The translations under genes and the position numbers were made by a program. 13,703 bases of DNA from Paraspadella gotoi (taxonomy: Eukaryota > Animalia > Chaetognatha): positions 1 to 13,703 of the forward strand of contig JBJCIZ010000725.1 in assembly GCA_051294375.1 (NCBI GenBank). Direction: 5' to 3'. Under the pieces are notes generated by a model. The model saw only the letters and a list, made by a program, of their open reading frames with translations. It ran no database searches and was not told the origin of the DNA. This document shows positions 1 to 7,993 of the stretch, piece by piece (position 1 is the stretch's first letter; every line of letters starts with the position of its first letter).

Positions 1-1
1 T

Positions 2-49
2 ATTTAAATCGGACATGTTTCGACTCTAGGACTTCATCAGCATTTAAAT
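2..49 (-). ncRNA. Minimal type I hammerhead ribozyme motif, intact core
   Basis: Minus strand reads ATTTAAATG-CTGATGA-AGTCCTAGAGTC-GAAA-CAT-GTC-CGATTTAAAT: CUGAUGA and GAAA boxes, GUC cleavage triplet, stem I ATTTAAATG/C(G)ATTTAAAT, palindromic ACATGT in place of stem III. Stem II is weak. Confidence 0.75.
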
Positions 50-86
50 TCACAAACGTTTCCGTTTTTAAATATTGAGTTTGTGA

Positions 87-143
87 ATTTAAATGCTTAT
101 GAAGACTCGAAAGTTTTAGAGTAGAAACATGTCCGATTTAAAT
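87..143 (+). ncRNA. Minimal type I hammerhead ribozyme motif, mutated core
   Basis: ATTTAAATG-CTTATGA-AGACTC-gaaagtttta-GAGTA-GAAA-CAT-GTC-CGATTTAAAT. Stem II ACTC/GAGT is present, but the core reads CTTATGA instead of CTGATGA. Confidence 0.65.
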
Positions 144-1220
144 AAAAATAAAATTATTGTTGTCAAATAATGAATTTTCATTTTTTCTCTATATAATTCA
201 AAAAAACAATAAAAGAAAGGATTAATACAATGTAAAAGTTTTTAAAAAAATGTTAATAAAGTTAGACAAAAATATTGAAAAAAAAGATTTGTTTTAAAAT
301 GGATGAGTAATTACTAGATGACCGAGAAAGATCTCAGCACGTAGAATCTTGCCGTCACACATGCTGTCATCACTCTTTTCAAGTCTAAATCTTCTGTCAT
401 GTTTTTGTGAGTTCAAGTTCTGATGCTAATCACTTCATCACACTGGAATGTCTATTGTGATTCGTTTCGAAACTGTTTATACTCTTACTATGAATTTACA
501 TGTGTGAGTTACGACGCTATTTTTTGCATTCTTTTTAATTATTTGTTTATTCATTATTTAGGCTTTGCCTGGCCAAAAAGAAATTAGCCACGATGTGTAC
601 TTTAATTTAGAAAGTGGCTTTTTTAAATTAATTTTATTTGTTTTAATTAATACTATTTGTTTTCGTTTGGTGCGTTAGCCGAGTGAGATCCGATTATTAT
701 TATTAGTAAGAAAGAAAATAAAATCGGCGGGTCGAAATTCTTTAGAAATTCCATTGCCCGATAAGAAATTATTTTGAATTCTCTTTTTTTGGTATTTTTT
801 TTAACCAATGTAACCAAAGTTTCTCTCTAATCAAAATTCCCTTTAAAACTCAACTTTACACTTGCACACTTTTCTACCCCAACAAAAATTTTATCTTAAA
901 TTTATCTATGAATTACTAAATAGTAGAAGGGTTTTAATGTTTTAATTCATTTATAAAAATTAATTTAATTTAATTAACTTTGCAAATTTGGGTAGTCAGA
1001 TTTGAAAGGAATTCTCTATTAGAAAATGTTGAATTTTTTTTAAGCGAGATTTTCGGTCTACCTTGTCTTTTATTTCTTGAAATTAATATTATATATATTT
1101 TTTTTCTTTTTTCGTTTTTTTACCTTTTTCCGGTTTTATGAATTTTTACATTTGATCGCCTTGAACGTTCTCTGAACATTATTTTTATAGTTTCTTATGA
1201 ATTCAGTTGGTCATAACATT

Positions 1221-1570
1221 TATTAATGATTTTATAACGTTAAGTGTCTTTTGGTTTCCTATCTAACGGAATTTCATATGTAAGTTTAGTTTTTACTTTA
1301 GTTTTCCAGTCTTTAAACGTTAGTGCTTTTGTTTTTACATAGTTTGTTTTTCCAGTCTTTTAGACTGTTACAGTTTACGCATTATTAATGATTATTATTA
1401 TTATTATTAATTATTATTATTATTAATGATTTTTAAAGCGTTAGTGTGCTTTTGTTTTTATTGAAATTCATATGTGTTTATTTTTACTTGTGTTTCCAGT
1501 GCTTTTAAACGTTAGTATCTTTTTGTTTTTACATAGTTTAGTTTTCCAGTCCTTTACACTGTTACTGTTT
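1221..1570 (+). repeat. Imperfect direct duplication (~150-bp units 1221-1376 and 1421-1570) separated by an (ATT)n tract
   Basis: Both units contain TTCATATGT..TTTCCAGT..TTTAAACGTTAGT..TTTTGTTTTTACATAGTTT..TTTTCCAGTC..ACTGTTAC; (ATT)n at ~1381-1430. Confidence 0.8.
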
Positions 1571-1958
1571 GTGTTTATGTCAATAGCTGGTTCTTTGGTA
1601 ATCAATGAAATATAAAAAAAATTTAAAAATTCTTTGTTCTTAAAAAATCGAGCTCCAAGGCCTGCAGTGCTGTACAAGCGACCTTCCAGCAGCTGTCCAG
1701 CTTTGTCTCTCTCTGTGTCTCTCTCTCTCGATGTTGGGAGAAACTTTCGTGGATTCGAATCATTGTCGCTTTTCCTATTCATCAGTGAGATTCAATATTA
1801 CAACTGGACATTTCTTCTACAAACTTTACGTTGTATCAAAAAAAAAAATCACTTTTGACCGGGAGATCATCCGCCAGACGTTGCGAGGCAACGGATACGC
1901 GATATAAAAACGAGAAAAAAAAGTGGACCGTAATATTGCGTATCGTTGGCGGGAAAAA

Positions 1959-2772
1959 CTCTCTCTCTCTCTCTCTCTCTTTCTCATCTCCTCCTCTCTT
2001 TTTTTTTACAAAAAAAAAATTTATTAACGTTTTTTTTCAAGCCAACCGTCCTAGCGATGAGTAAAAAACGAGTAAACGAGTTCCGGCTCTCTCTCTCTCT
2101 ATGAAAATTGGTAACAAGCATATAAAATTAATCCATTCATTTAATAAATAAGCTATCGTTGCCCCTGACTTTGGACAGGCTTTGGTGGTTTAAGGCCTCC
2201 ATCACTCTTACAAGATAAATTACATAGCAGGTCCCTGCAAGCTTTCAATCAAGACTCTCTCACATCCCATTTAATTCACTCCCAGAGTACTGGCTCCCTA
2301 TCAATGAAGTGGAAAAAATTTCAAAGAATGTTTCAATTGTGAGTGAATAAGACCCTACTTTCAAGTATTTGAGATTCGTTGGGAATATATCATTGTACTC
2401 CCGCACAGCATCAAAATAACAAGGAGCTGAAGGATTTTAGTGAAACCTTTGTAGGCACACCAATATAAACAATCCATTTCATTTAATATAATAAGCTATC
2501 ATTGCCCCTGAACATGGGACAGGCTTTGGGTGGATTAAGGCCTCCATCACCTTACAGAGATTAATTACATAGCAGGTCCCTGCAAGCTTTCAATCAAGAC
2601 TCCTCTCACAGTCCGCATTTATTCACTCCAGAGTACCTGGCTTCCTCTAATCTCTCTCTTTTTCATTCTCTCTATCTTCTCTCTCTCTCCACCTGTTTTT
2701 TTAGTCACCTTTTTTTTTCACAACCACCGTGGCACTAAGGCGACGAGTAAACGAGTAAACGAGTTCCGCCTC
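1959..2772 (+). repeat. Two related (CT)n/T-tract/ACGAGTAAACGAGTTCCG units (~1959-2100 and ~2651-2772) with a foreign insert between them
   Basis: TTTTTTTTCA..CC..CCGT..GCGA.GAGTAAA..ACGAGTAAACGAGTTCCG.CTCT occurs at ~2030-2090 and ~2710-2772, each preceded by CT-rich microsatellite. Confidence 0.7.
2102..2650. repeat. Insert within a (CT)n tract with ~200-bp direct repeats (2102-2303, 2441-~2650)
   Basis: Shared blocks include ATAAGCTATC.TTGCCCCTGA, TAAGGCCTCCATCAC and ATTACATAGCAGGTCCCTGCAAGCTTTCAATCAAGACTC; period ~340 bp; CT repeats on both flanks. Confidence 0.8.
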
Positions 2773-3006
2773 TGCAGCGTCTGTTCACGCTTCTTTTTTC
2801 TCTTCTCTCTCTTTCTGTCTCTTTCTCTCTTTACGATCTCTTGCGTGATCGTTCGTTTTTGAAAAAAATTTTTTAAATAAAATTTCACGAAACATTGTTT
2901 AAAAATAATCATTTTTTAAAAATTTTATCCAAATTAATTTCGCCAAAAAATAGGTTTTAAAAAAATTTTACTTAGTAAAAAACTCACTTAATTTATAATC
3001 GCATAG

Positions 3007-3232
3007 TGAGAGACAGTGATTATTATTAGTTGTTAGTGACAGAACCGTTTCAATATAAGCTTTTTCTGAGCTTATTGTTACAGGCGGGTTAAAGCGCCCG
3101 CGTCCTTTAACTGCTGGGACCCCCGGGCTAGAACCCCGGACCTTTGGGTTGGGAGGTTCGCAATGACCTTTCCTGCAGCAGCACCAAGGGCCGCGATGAA
3201 CGGTTGGTTTGGATTTTAGTGTCCACCATACA
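3007..3232 (-). repeat. TRIM 3' LTR (~226 bp, TG...CA)
   Basis: Minus strand TGTATGGTGGA...AATAATAATCACTGTCTCTCA; colinear with 3435-3671. Confidence 0.8.
3116..3194 (-). promoter_or_regulatory. tRNA-derived (tRNA-Gly-like) module / putative internal Pol III promoter in 3' LTR
   Basis: Minus strand GCGGCCCT-TGGTGCTGCTGCAGG (A-box-like)...CCTCCCAA (anticodon-loop-like)...CCGGG-GTTCTAGC-CCGG (T-arm; B-box-like GGTTCTAGCC at 3126-3135)...GGGTCCC. Not a functional tRNA. Confidence 0.65.
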
Positions 3233-3241
3233 TGCCCCCTC
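3233..3241 (-). other. Polypurine tract of the TRIM
   Basis: Minus strand GAGGGGGCA directly before the TG of the 3' LTR. Confidence 0.65.
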
Positions 3242-3413
3242 ACTGGTCTTCATAGGGAGAAGAAACTGTTGCGTCTCTTCAGTGGAATTGTTGTTGGTGG
3301 AAATACGTCCACAAGTTGAGCGCATGTCACCTGATGGTGTTGGCAGGAAAAGTGCATGCCCAGGTTGAGGCATGTCGCCTGATAAGTGTTGTTGTTGCTC
3401 CGTAGTTTCGGAA

Positions 3414-3433
3414 AGTCAGGGGGTTGCTCACCA
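3414..3433 (-). other. Primer-binding site of the TRIM
   Basis: Minus strand TGGTGAGCAACCCCCTGACT starts 1 nt after the 5' LTR end; TGG complements the tRNA CCA end. Primer identity uncertain (gapped resemblance to the tRNA-Trp-type TGGTGACCCCGAC). Confidence 0.6.
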
Positions 3434-3434
3434 A

Positions 3435-3671
3435 TAAAGAGACAGTGGATTATTAATTATGTGTTAGTTGACAGACCGGTTCAATATAAGCAGTCCCCTG
3501 AGCTTGGATCAGGCTGTAACAACATGTTACAGGCGGGTAAGCGCCGCGCCCATCGTAACTGCTAGGCGACCACCGGGCTAGAACCGGACCTTTGGGTTGG
3601 GGGAGGCGAATGACTTGCCTCCAGCACCAATGTCGCTGAAGAAACGGTTGGTGGATTTCATCCACCATACA
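3435..3671 (-). repeat. TRIM 5' LTR (~237 bp, TG...TA)
   Basis: Minus strand TGTATGGTGGATGAAATCCACCAACCG...CACTGTCTCTTTA; colinear with 3007-3232. Confidence 0.8.
3566..3636 (-). promoter_or_regulatory. tRNA-derived module / putative internal Pol III promoter in 5' LTR
   Basis: Minus strand GCGAC-AT-TGGTGCTGGAGG...TTCGCCTCCC...CCGG-TTCTAGC-CCGG-TG-GTCGC: acceptor-like pairing GCGAC/GTCGC, T-stem CCGG/CCGG, B-box-like GGTTCTAGCC at 3576-3585. Confidence 0.65.
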
Positions 3672-4072
3672 AGGTATGTTAACATAGTTAATTTTTTTCT
3701 GCTCCTACAATGAATAGTTTGGTTTCCGTACCTCTACGTCAATAAAGCTTTTAAAGATATTAGCAAAAAGTCATTTTTTAACCATTTTCTTTTAAAATTT
3801 TTTCAAAGCTTGGGCAGCATTTACTGTAATTTTTTTTTTGAAAAAAAAATGTTCAAAAAATTCATCCCAATGATGTATGGGCACCTTTTACACGACCAAT
3901 ACTCGTGTTGATTTCAAAACTTTTCATACATGCGAAAGGGGTCTAATCTCGATAGTATAATGAATAAAAGTAATGAAAATGTAAGAAATTTTTCCACTGC
4001 AGATTGAATCGCAGCATGGAATCGAATCGAACAGTTGGAGATCAAAAACGTTGAAGTCCATCGCAAGCAAAG

Positions 4073-4356
4073 TGAGGCGACTTACCACCGGTCTTCTCTA
4101 ACCCTTCCTTTCTCCTCTTTCTTCGAGCCGGTCTATTCCACACGGTCACTTTGCCCTAGCTATGGCAATGACCTTTGATTGACCGGACACAGTATAGGGC
4201 CGGAGGCTACGCGTAAAGGTCAAGTTGGTCCGGGCGATGATAAAAGTGGATCAGGAGAGAGCTCGTCTCACTTCTTTTCTACTTCTCTTACATCGTCACA
4301 ATCTCTTTTACCTTGCTTTCTCAACTTTTATTATTACTATTTCCGTCTTCTACACA
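4073..4356 (+). repeat. Putative 5' LTR of the Gypsy element
   Basis: GC-richer block ending ...CTTCTACACA 2 nt before the TGG-starting PBS; candidate TG start at 4073; TATA-like GATAAAAG at ~4239. 3' end well supported, 5' end tentative. Confidence 0.55.
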
Positions 4357-4358
4357 TG

Positions 4359-4370
4359 TGGTGCCCGACT
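4359..4370 (+). other. Primer-binding site (probably tRNA-Trp type)
   Basis: TGGTGCCCGACT equals the tRNA-Trp 3' complement TGGTGACCCCGAC with two single-base deletions. Confidence 0.65.
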
Positions 4371-5042
4371 AAAAGATAAGTAACCTGTCTGACACTACAT
4401 TATAACTGATGATTGATTTATGATTTGAGTTGATCTAGAGTGATTGATCGATTATTTTAAATTTTTATCAATCGTGATTGGGCGTTTAATTAGCGATAGT
4501 CCCGCTCAGTTTTCACGGCCTATTTGCGCGAATCAAGTTTATATTCCTTTTTCGGCGCATTTTCCTCAAAAATAATTTTCAACATTCAAAATTAAACGAT
4601 TTTTGCAATTTCTATTTTCTCAGTGCGCGCATCCACATTTCGTCCAACATTTCGTCTCGTCTACCTGGATTACCTCATCAAAGCTCAAAGTTTTAATTCT
4701 TCTTTGTTTTTAGGCATTTCAAACGTTTTCTTTGTTTAAATTTGAAAATTTTGAAATACAATATACATACGCCTAAATCAATTTTATCCCGTTTTTGAAA
4801 AATCTTAATATTTAAGCTCTAAGTTTAAATAAATTTTCGTTAAAATATTACTACGGTAATTGTAACGACCGTCTCGCAGCGCGTTTTTCAATTTTACCCG
4901 CGCCCGTTTAACAAAAGTTTTATCAGAAAATTTTGCTAGCTCTAATTGTTTTACAAATGATTAACGCAAAAAATTTCGGATTTTTTCCCATCGTTAAAAA
5001 GATCGAAAAATTTTTTTTAATTTACTCTCTCCATATCAAGAA

Positions 5043-6543
5043 ATGGATCATCTTTTGGACCTGGGGAGGCCCCCTCAGGGAACGAGGTGCTCGCCGCGCC
5101 TCCACATCACCCCCTCAAGCCCACAATCTCAAGCGACGCCGCACGGAGGACGTCATCTCTCCACCCACCATCACCATCGATGTCGCCACCCTAACCAACA
5201 TCGCCGGATCAGGACGACGGCCTTCAAGACACACGAAGGCGATCAGACCAAAAGTCAAGAGCGTTCATAACGCCCCCCGTTCCATCAGGACCGTACCAGG
5301 AATATCAAACGGCTGATAACGACGTTCAACAACAGGATTTTAGGATTGGAGGGCGAAACACAGAAAGCTTCAAACGAGAGCGTAAGGAATTCGATAGATA
5401 CCTTACAATCACAGGTCCAGCGCCTGCTAGCAGCTCAGCAGGCGCCAACGGCGAATGCCACACAGGTCCACAGGCGACTCAACCAAAGATTGGTGGCTCA
5501 TTTTGCAGGTCAGCAAGCACCCGGACAACGCCGATGTGGTAGGAGCCTCCTCGCACCACACAATGGCTTACAAGACGTCAGGCACCAACCGTTCCAAGAC
5601 GCCCAAGTTGCCGTCCTTTGTTGATGTTCGGCAACATCCAGCCTGCTGCGACTGCAGTGAGGGGGAGTTTTCTGCCTCGAAAAGCAAGTTGTGGATGAGT
5701 CAGCACAAAAAGATGCACCCTTATGGCGCGGTCGCCAGCAGGAGCATCAGGTGTTGGTCAGGCGAGGTTTTTTACACACCAATGACCATCCTGTCTCAGT
5801 GCGGGTATCAAGGACTTTGAAAAAGCCCTGTCTTGAAGCTGTTCGCAATCGAGAAGCCCCAGCAGAAGGCGGCAGAAGCCTGGGTCATCACTCCCTCGCA
5901 GGAAGCACTCCTTAACGCAGTTAGTGGCCGCACTGCGCGCTGTAGGTCGAANNNNNNNNNNNNNNNNNNNNNNNNNTCCCTGACGATCGACCATCTCCTC
6001 AACGCGATCCTGGCCGTGGTCCTCCCAGGCCACGTGGCTGGAAGGGTAGTCAGCGATGGGGACGAGACGCCGGAAGCGATCGCCAAGAAGGCGGACGCAT
6101 TTTACTCTGCCCAAGGTGATCTTCAGATCACCTCAAAACCAATTGGAAAAGTCGTCAATCATGTCGACACCTCCAATCGATGGGGCATCTTCGAGGAGGA
6201 CCTTTCTGACTCGGAGTGTGATGAGTATGCGCCCGACTTGGCGGATGATGCATCCACCACAGAGGATGTGCCTCCACGCACGTACGCCAGCGTGTGTGCC
6301 GCGACTTCCGGACGTGGCCAACTACGCCCCAGGACACAGGTCCGGCCTGGCTACCGAAGACCAGCAACAACACAGCAGCGCCGTTTCCCCAACAACAGCA
6401 ACAGCACTACATTCACTCGCCGACCAGTTGCAAACTCTTTCAACTCCTCTCCTGATTTCATCAATGGACTTTGTTTCTATCATCGGACATTTGGAGACAG
6501 AGCAATCAAATGCTACCAAGGATGCAAGCGGGGAAACGGCTGA
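5043..6543 (+). pseudogene. gag: gag (frameshifted in this assembly; 25-N gap inside)
   Basis: Across frames: KLPSF...EGEF (DUF7041-like capsid N-terminus, ~5605-5670), YQGLKKA-LKLF, LPGHVAGRV...EAIAKKADAFY, C-terminal LCFYHRTFGDRAIKCYQGC knuckle, then GNG-stop at 6541-6543. ATG at 5043 coincides with the AT-to-GC transition. Confidence 0.85.
5952..5976. other. Assembly gap (25 N)
   Basis: Run of 25 N inside gag. Confidence 1.
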
Positions 6544-6578
6544 GCCAGCAGCCGGAGGCAGTAAACGCCGCTGCTGGT
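6531..6578 (+). promoter_or_regulatory. -1 programmed ribosomal frameshift signal (gag-pol)
   Basis: Slippery heptamer G GGA AAC (6531-6537) in X XXY YYZ phase with gag; pol ORF 6471-7211 is in the -1 frame; 6-nt spacer then stem GCCAGCAGC (6544-6552)/GCTGCTGGT (6570-6578). Confidence 0.9.
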
Positions 6579-7288
6579 AGTACAGAACCCTTACTGCACG
6601 TGTACGACAACAACAACAACTTGACATGGCTTGTGGACGGTGGTGCAAGCGTCACTTTGATGGCGCCTTCGCCATCAGAAAAGCTCCGCGGTGGCTCCGC
6701 GCCTCAACTTCATGCTGCAAACGGGTCTCCAATCTCTTCCTACGGCACCAAACAAATCACTATCAGAATAGGAAGACGCACATACTCACTAACTACCGTA
6801 CTCGCTGACGTTACGACCCCTATTCTTGGAGCTGATTTTCTGATGGAGCATCATTTAGCCGCCGACCACAAGCTCGGCCTACTCGTTGATCTTAATGATT
6901 TTTCAACAATCACAGGCAAATCTTACCTGGACAGGCCTTTCAGAGTCAATACAGTCAATAATGCCTATTTCAAATTGATTGACGAACGCCCAGAACTCAC
7001 ACAACTCAGATTTGACCCTTCGAAGACCAAGCACGGTGTAGAACACCACATTCCAACCGAGGGTCCGCCTGTCCACTCCCAAGCACGCCGACTTGCACCT
7101 GACAAACTCAAAGCAGCCAAAGAAGAATTTGCAAAAATGGAAAAGCTGGGCATTAAACGGAAGAGCAAGAGTGCTTGGGCATCACCACTACATGTGGTTA
7201 ACAAAACCTGACGGGCTGCACTTAGAATGTTGGCGGCGACTACAGGCCGCGCTGCAACGGCAGTCAAAAAGACAACTCGCTACTTGAA
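6531..7288 (+). pseudogene. pol: pol part 1: aspartic protease and N-terminal reverse transcriptase
   Basis: WLVDGGASVTL...LHAANGSPISSYG...ADVTTPILGADFL (retropepsin); HHIPTEGPPV...RRLAPDKL..AKEEF..MEKLGI...SAWASPLHVV; after frameshifts KPDG and GDYR (RT motifs). Confidence 0.95.
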
Positions 7289-7992
7289 NNNNNNNNNNNN
7301 NNNNNNNNNNNNNNNNNNNNNNNNNNNNNNNNNNNNNNNNNNNNNNNNNNNNNNNNNNNNNNNNNNNNNNNNNNNNNNNNNNNNNNNNNNNNNNNNNNNN
7401 NNNNNNNNNNNNNNNNNNNNNNNNNNNNNNNNNNNNNNNNNNNNNNNNNNNNNNNNNNNNNNNNNNNNNNNNNNNNNNNNNNNNNNNNNNNNNNNNNNNN
7501 NNNNNNNNNNNNNNNNNNNNNNNNNNNNNNNNNNNNNNNNNNNNNNNNNNNNNNNNNNNNNNNNNNNNNNNNNNNNNNNNNNNNNNNNNNNNNNNNNNNN
7601 NNNNNNNNNNNNNNNNNNNNNNNNNNNNNNNNNNNNNNNNNNNNNNNNNNNNNNNNNNNNNNNNNNNNNNNNNNNNNNNNNNNNNNNNNNNNNNNNNNNN
7701 NNNNNNNNNNNNNNNNNNNNNNNNNNNNNNNNNNNNNNNNNNNNNNNNNNNNNNNNNNNNNNNNNNNNNNNNNNNNNNNNNNNNNNNNNNNNNNNNNNNN
7801 NNNNNNNNNNNNNNNNNNNNNNNNNNNNNNNNNNNNNNNNNNNNNNNNNNNNNNNNNNNNNNNNNNNNNNNNNNNNNNNNNNNNNNNNNNNNNNNNNNNN
7901 NNNNNNNNNNNNNNNNNNNNNNNNNNNNNNNNNNNNNNNNNNNNNNNNNNNNNNNNNNNNNNNNNNNNNNNNNNNNNNNNNNNNNNNNNNNN
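7289..7992. other. Assembly gap (704 N) covering the RT core
   Basis: N run; size is roughly what the missing RT core plus connection region would need. Confidence 1.
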
Positions 7993-7993
7993 A

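Larger units (their letters stand above)
1..144. mobile_element. Inverted repeat of hammerhead-bearing units, probable Penelope-like element terminal (pLTR) remnant; may extend left of the window
   Basis: 1-57 (TATTTAAATCGGACATGTTTCGACTCTA..CTTCATCAGCATTTAAATTCACAAAC) is the reverse complement of 79-144 (GTTTGTGAATTTAAATGCTTATGAAG..TAGAGTAGAAACATGTCCGATTTAAATA), spacer ~21 bp. Inverted HHR-containing termini are an established hallmark of Penelope-like elements. Confidence 0.7.
3007..3671 (-). mobile_element. TRIM (non-autonomous miniature LTR retrotransposon) with tRNA-like module in each LTR
   Basis: Direct repeats 3435-3671 (5' LTR) and 3007-3232 (3' LTR) both start TGTATGGTGGA on the minus strand; 3' LTR ends CTCTCA; TGG-starting PBS 1 nt after the 5' LTR; GAGGGGGCA purine tract abuts the 3' LTR; ~202-bp non-coding interior; empty-site paralogue at ~10630-10645. 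Confidence 0.8.
2865..3960 (+). repeat. AT-rich dispersed repeat, copy A (probable non-autonomous DNA-element sequence), split by the TRIM at 3007-3671
   Basis: ~2865-3003 joined to 3672-3960 aligns colinearly with the reverse complement of ~10363-10760 (shared TTTTACTTAGTAAAA..CTCACTTAATTTATAAT, AAGGTATGT, GGCAGCATTTACTGTAA, ATGATGTATGGGCACCTTTTACAC). Confidence 0.85.

Noticed and set aside
3116-3636. Functional tRNA-Gly genes or two independent tandem SINEs
   Set aside because: D- and anticodon arms do not pair properly; repeat homology extends ~35 nt upstream of the tRNA head, and PBS, PPT and the empty site favour an LTR structure.
1468-3668. Short ORFs of 60-104 aa in the left third
   Set aside because: They overlap microsatellites and non-coding repeats and show no recognisable domains.
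5691-7287. Alternative-frame and antisense ORFs over gag/pol
   Set aside because: Expected shadow ORFs of GC-rich coding sequence or by-products of frameshifts.
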